64,000 nt of DNA from Dimargaris cristalligena. Lineage: Eukaryota. Both the position numbers and the translations under genes were made by a program. Below, piece by piece: positions 59,798-64,000 of the stretch. The notes below the pieces were generated by a model that was not told the DNA's origin, ran no database searches, and saw only the letters and a list, made by a program, of their open reading frames with translations. Where the stretch lies: assembly GCA_003614675.1 (NCBI GenBank), contig ML002230.1, positions 1 to 64,000 of the forward strand, in the 5' to 3' direction. Position 1 is the first letter of the stretch; every line of letters starts with the position of its first letter.

Positions 59798-61047
59798 ATG
59801 GGTTGCTGCATGAGCCAAGAAGATATTGAAGGGAAGCGCAAAAATGAAGAAATCGAAAATCAGCTCAAGCGCGATAAAATGACCATGCGGAACGAGGTCA
59901 AGATGCTTCTACTAGGTAAGTTAGATGTCCCGATCCTATCCTATCCTGTCTAGCCACTACTTTCCTAAACATAGCCCTTCTGCCACTAGAATTATTGGCA
60001 TTATATAGGCATATTGGCTTATTCTTTCAACACCACTCATGTCCTACAGCTGACTAACCCACTAGCAATTTCCATTTCCATCCTCCACTTTGCACCATTC
60101 CAGGGGCCGGTGAATCCGGTAAAAGTACCATCCTCAAACAGATGAAGCTCATCCACGACGGGGGCTACAGTCGGGAGGAACGTGAATCGTTCAAGGAAAT
60201 CATCTTCTCCAATATCATCCAGTCTATGCGCGTTATTATCGAAGCCATGGAGAATATGCAAATCCCCCTGGCTTCTCCCGAAAACCGCAAGCATTCCGAA
60301 GTGGTCCTGAGCCTTCCCGTTCAATTCGAGAACGACGTTCTACCACGGGAAGCCGCCGTCGCCGTGGCCTCCCTCTGGCAGGACGCCGGGGTGCGTGCCT
60401 GCGTCCAACGGTCCCGTGAATTCCAGCTAAATGACTCAGCCACCTACTACTTTGATGCCATGGACCGGATCGGCCAGGCCTCCTATGTCCCCACCGACCA
60501 GGATGTCCTGCGGTCCCGGGTCAAAACTACCGGTATCACCGAAACCACCTTTATTGTCGGCGAATTGACCTACCGCATGTTGGACGTGGGCGGTCAGCGG
60601 TCCGAGCGGAAGAAGTGGATCCACTGTTTCGAGAATGTCACCGCCATTCTGTTCCTGGTGGCCATTAGCGAATACGACCAGGTATTAATTGAGGACGAGA
60701 CCGTAAACCGTATGCAGGAGGCCCTGACCCTGTTTGACTCCATCTGCAACTCCCGCTGGTTCGTCCGTACCTCCATCATTCTGTTCCTTAACAAGATTGA
60801 TATTTTCCGGGAGAAGCTGCCCAAGTCACCGCTCAAGAACTATTTCCCCGATTACGACGGTGGCAACAATTACGACATGGCCTGTGACTATTTGCACAAG
60901 CGGTTCGTATCTTTGAACCAGTCTGATACCAAGCAGGTCTACACGCACTTCACGTGTGCCACCGATACTCACCAGATTAAGTTCGTCATGGCTGCCGTGA
61001 ATGATATTATTATCCAGGCCAATCTCCGCAACTGTGGTCTACTCTAA
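59798..61047 (+). CDS. Heterotrimeric G-protein alpha subunit, fungal group I (Gi-like; GNA-1/FadA type), 353 aa; exons 59798-59915 and 60104-61047
   Basis: MGCCMS acylation motif, [14 protein letters not shown] across a phase-1 intron (GTAAGT, CTGACTAAC, CAG), [39 protein letters not shown]-terminal CGLL. Confidence 0.97.
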
Positions 61048-63636
61048 CCCTCTAAATTTATACCTAGCTCCTTTTCTTTGGGCCGAATCTGCACTCTCCC
61101 GTGCCACCCACCACCAGGTTCAGTTCTGGCCCATGCCCTATTTTCGGAGGTGGTTCTCTCTCAACTTAGCACTCCTCCCCCCTCACACTTCCATTCACCA
61201 GGGGCGATGAGTATTATGCTGACTCCTCGCTCCCTCCCACCTTTCACTTATAATATAATCCGCTTCTTTCCGCACCCCCCCACTTTCTTTTCTAAACCGC
61301 TTGCGTTTGTCTATTCACTTGCCGTTGCCTGTTTGTTACAGTTCTTTTGGCTACAACCCCCCCTAACGCCCTCTCCGCATACTTAGGGGGCATTATGCTA
61401 TCTCTCCCGCTACCCCATTCGAGTAATTATTCGTTTATTCCCTAATGCTATCTTTAAATTCTGGTTGTTTTTATCATCAGTTCATATTTCAATATTGCCC
61501 GACTCTACTATTCCTATGGACAGTTGAGGAAATTCATTCTAATGACGTCTGTAATTGAACCTTACTTTACCTTCTCTATCAAATTGTTGTACTACTATCC
61601 TGTGTATACTGTAGTGAACGGCCAACCTGGGCCTTTGTGGGCGTGCGACTATAACTGGTGGTCGTTTCTGGATCTGGACAGCTCATGTTCCCTAAGCTAC
61701 GCTGGTGATGTAAGCTGTTTTTGGGTAGATTCGGGGCGTGTATTATTTCTATGTAAGGATATTCCTCTCTAGATGTATGTGTAGAGGGTTACTTTCAGTT
61801 GCCGAGTGATTAGGGCGAAGCACCTGGGTGTATTCCACTATAAGTTACAATTTTAGGCTGTGTCGATAAAGGGCTTATCGTAGACTTTTCGGCTAGGCTA
61901 GTAGTGGTGCTTCCTTCCATTGGTTAGCCCATCAATTGATCTTCGGGACAGAGCCTTCCGGAAATAGGGTGTGAGCCATACGATCCAAAGGACAATGGTG
62001 CATACGGTAGGTTTCTTCGGCACCTAAAAGGCTCCACAGACGATTTGGAGGGACGCATGCATTGCGAGCTAATTGCGACTCACTCGAATTAACACCAGCC
62101 GATGTTGTGGATGGTCCTGATGGACCATGTCCTCTTCTTGGTTGATGATCTCTGGCTATATCCGGTATTAGCAATGATTAATCAGCTATTTGGCATACCG
62201 GCCTTACCAAAATATACTTGCTTACATTTGTGTCTTGTTTATAACATATTTTAGGATCAATATCAACCAATATTGTGTTTCTCCAATACACAGGCACTGC
62301 GGTTTTATCCTCCTTCCCTCCGACTTCGACTTTGGCCTGAACTTCCATTCATTGACTTCTAGCCACAATCGGTTCAGTTGCCGCCTATTGTGCTCACGCA
62401 GCTTACGTTTATGAGGCTTAATTGCAGTGTTGTGGTCAACCGCCGCTTGGAAGATTCGGCTTAATCCTCTCTACACCACTAGCAACTCCAGGCCGATGGA
62501 CCCGTGTCGCCGACAGCCAAGATCGGGGATTAGAGAGCCGTGGTTGATTATAGGGAGAGGTGTTATCCCTGCGATTGGTATATTAGAGGGGGTGTGTGGC
62601 GGCCATTTGATTAAGAGCTAGCCAACCGGGTTGCTGGTCCGGTGACGAAGCCAGGCGCCGAGGAAAGGGTTAGAGGATGGAGGAGGTTTACAGTAAATCT
62701 CTTAGCAAGCCCTGCCCTGACCTGGTGTGGTGTGGTGTGGTCCGGAGCAGCCCTAGACAAAGGAATCTTCTTGCCTAATTTCGGGGCCCATGTTGACTGC
62801 CAGGGGCATGGTCGTCTGAGTCGATATCCGGGGGTAACTTTATGCTGAATGACCTCGCCAGCTCAAGCGGGCGGGGGTCGGAAAGGGTGTCATTTATAAA
62901 CTGCGGTGAGTGGGCCGTTAGGGTGTGGAGTAGGTAGGGCCTAGCTGCAGGACCTGAGTGTTCCTTGTGCAATTGTTTAGGAAGCGGAGAATAGTTGACG
63001 TTGGCCAGCAGCAACAATAGGCCGGGCGTTTTCACTGGCGGATTGTCTATTTAGTGTGGCTAATACTAATACTAACAATATACCCCTCTCACTCATCCAT
63101 ATGTCCTTTTTTCTTATATCCTTACCCTCACGCACGTCGCCTTCCGCCGAGCCCCCGCTGGATTATCTCCGCCCCGAGCATGGCACTCTCTCTTTCCCGT
63201 TCCTTTCCTTCTCTCTCTCCCCTTATTTCCTTTCAGTGTCTTTCCTTTCTCCGTTCCCGCCTTGTTTTCGGGTGACTTGACATGCCCTCCCCGCTTATAC
63301 GGTGCCATCTAGCCCGCGATTCCCTCCATCCGGTTCCCCTTACTTTTTAAAACTCCGCAACGAACCCCGACTTGCTCTGCTTCAAGCTTATTCATTCCCG
63401 AATAGTACACCGTTCTGAGTTATTTGTGCCCCACGCGCTCCCTCGTATTCCATATTATCCAATCCTAGTCGTTGTTTGTACACAAACCGTTGGTGTATCC
63501 CTATATCTCTCTCTCTCTATACCTTCTTACTCTAACTATTCTTAGCTTGCCCGGGAATATAATAGCAGCTCTTCCTGTTCGGTAGTCCCGGTTGGCCAAC
63601 CCCTCGGCTCGGTCGTAATATTAATTACGCTGCTCT

Positions 63637-64000
63637 ATGCATACCCGGTTTGCACAGTCGCCCCTGGGTTACTTCGGGGGACTATCGCTGCTCGTTCTGG
63701 TCCCCCAGGCCGTCGCCCTGAATAACTTCACCATTTCAAACTTCACCTCGGTGTTTCTAGAGAACCGAATCACCACCTTCAGCGGCGTCAACTCCCCCGA
63801 GCCTCCCAACCTAACCTACATTAACTGGTCCTATTCCCTGGACTTAAGCGAGTCCGTGCAGACCAATAAACCCACCTGGGAAAACGATGCCGTCAGCCGG
63901 GTGGGTGCTCCACAGGTCCAGAGTGCCGCCGCCGTGGCCGTTACCGTTCCCTCCGGTCCCTCGGTTTTCCTCTACGGCGGCGACTGTCGGCCGACTGATG
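63637..64000 (+). CDS. Secreted or membrane kelch-repeat-like protein, 5' part only (runs off the window)
   Basis: Open from ATG 63637 to the end: MHTRFAQSPLGYFGGLSLLVLVPQAVA|LNNFTISNFTS...YSLDLSESVQTNKPTWE...VFLYGGDC. It has a signal peptide, N-glycosylation sequons and the kelch-type FLYGG motif. It is absent from the ORF track because there is no stop codon. Confidence 0.7.
   Translation, partial: MHTRFAQSPLGYFGGLSLLVLVPQAVALNNFTISNFTSVFLENRITTFSGVNSPEPPNLTYINWSYSLDLSESVQTNKPTWENDAVSRVGAPQVQSAAAVAVTVPSGPSVFLYGGDCRPTD

Noticed and set aside
1-64000. CRISPR arrays, rRNA, snRNA or intact transposons
   Set aside because: I saw no spaced direct repeats, rRNA/snRNA signatures, transposase or RT motifs, LTRs or TIRs; highly degraded elements cannot be excluded by eye.

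Overview
Eukaryotic (fungal) genomic DNA with GT-AG spliceosomal introns and CTAAC branch points, GC3-rich coding regions and long, more AT-rich spacers. The gene content suggests an early-diverging 'zygomycete'-type fungus, but this is an inference and the species cannot be determined from the sequence. I find about 18 protein-coding genes (the last truncated at the right edge) and one tRNA-Gln(CTG). In order: a small mitochondrial membrane protein, a GT15 mannosyltransferase, a White collar-1 photoreceptor with a degenerate GATA finger, two tandem 7TM-RGS receptors, exportin-5/Msn5 (8 exons), a secreted GPI-anchored YcnI/DUF1775 copper-brace protein, a class II DYRK/Pom1 kinase, a rhodanese-methyltransferase fusion, a CBS-less KpsF/GutQ sugar-phosphate isomerase, DCAF7/AN11 WD40, asparagine synthetase, a Cys-rich GPI protein, RPT5 (7 exons), a PH-less PDK1, a group I G-alpha and a secreted kelch-like protein. 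I reconstructed exon structures by hand and all keep frame. The most notable items are the YcnI-GPI protein, the paired 7TM-RGS genes with split and degenerate RGS boxes, the bacterial-like intronless pair at 35-38 kb, the degenerate WC-1 finger and the Cys-tailed PH-less PDK1. No CRISPR array, rRNA or intact mobile element was seen.
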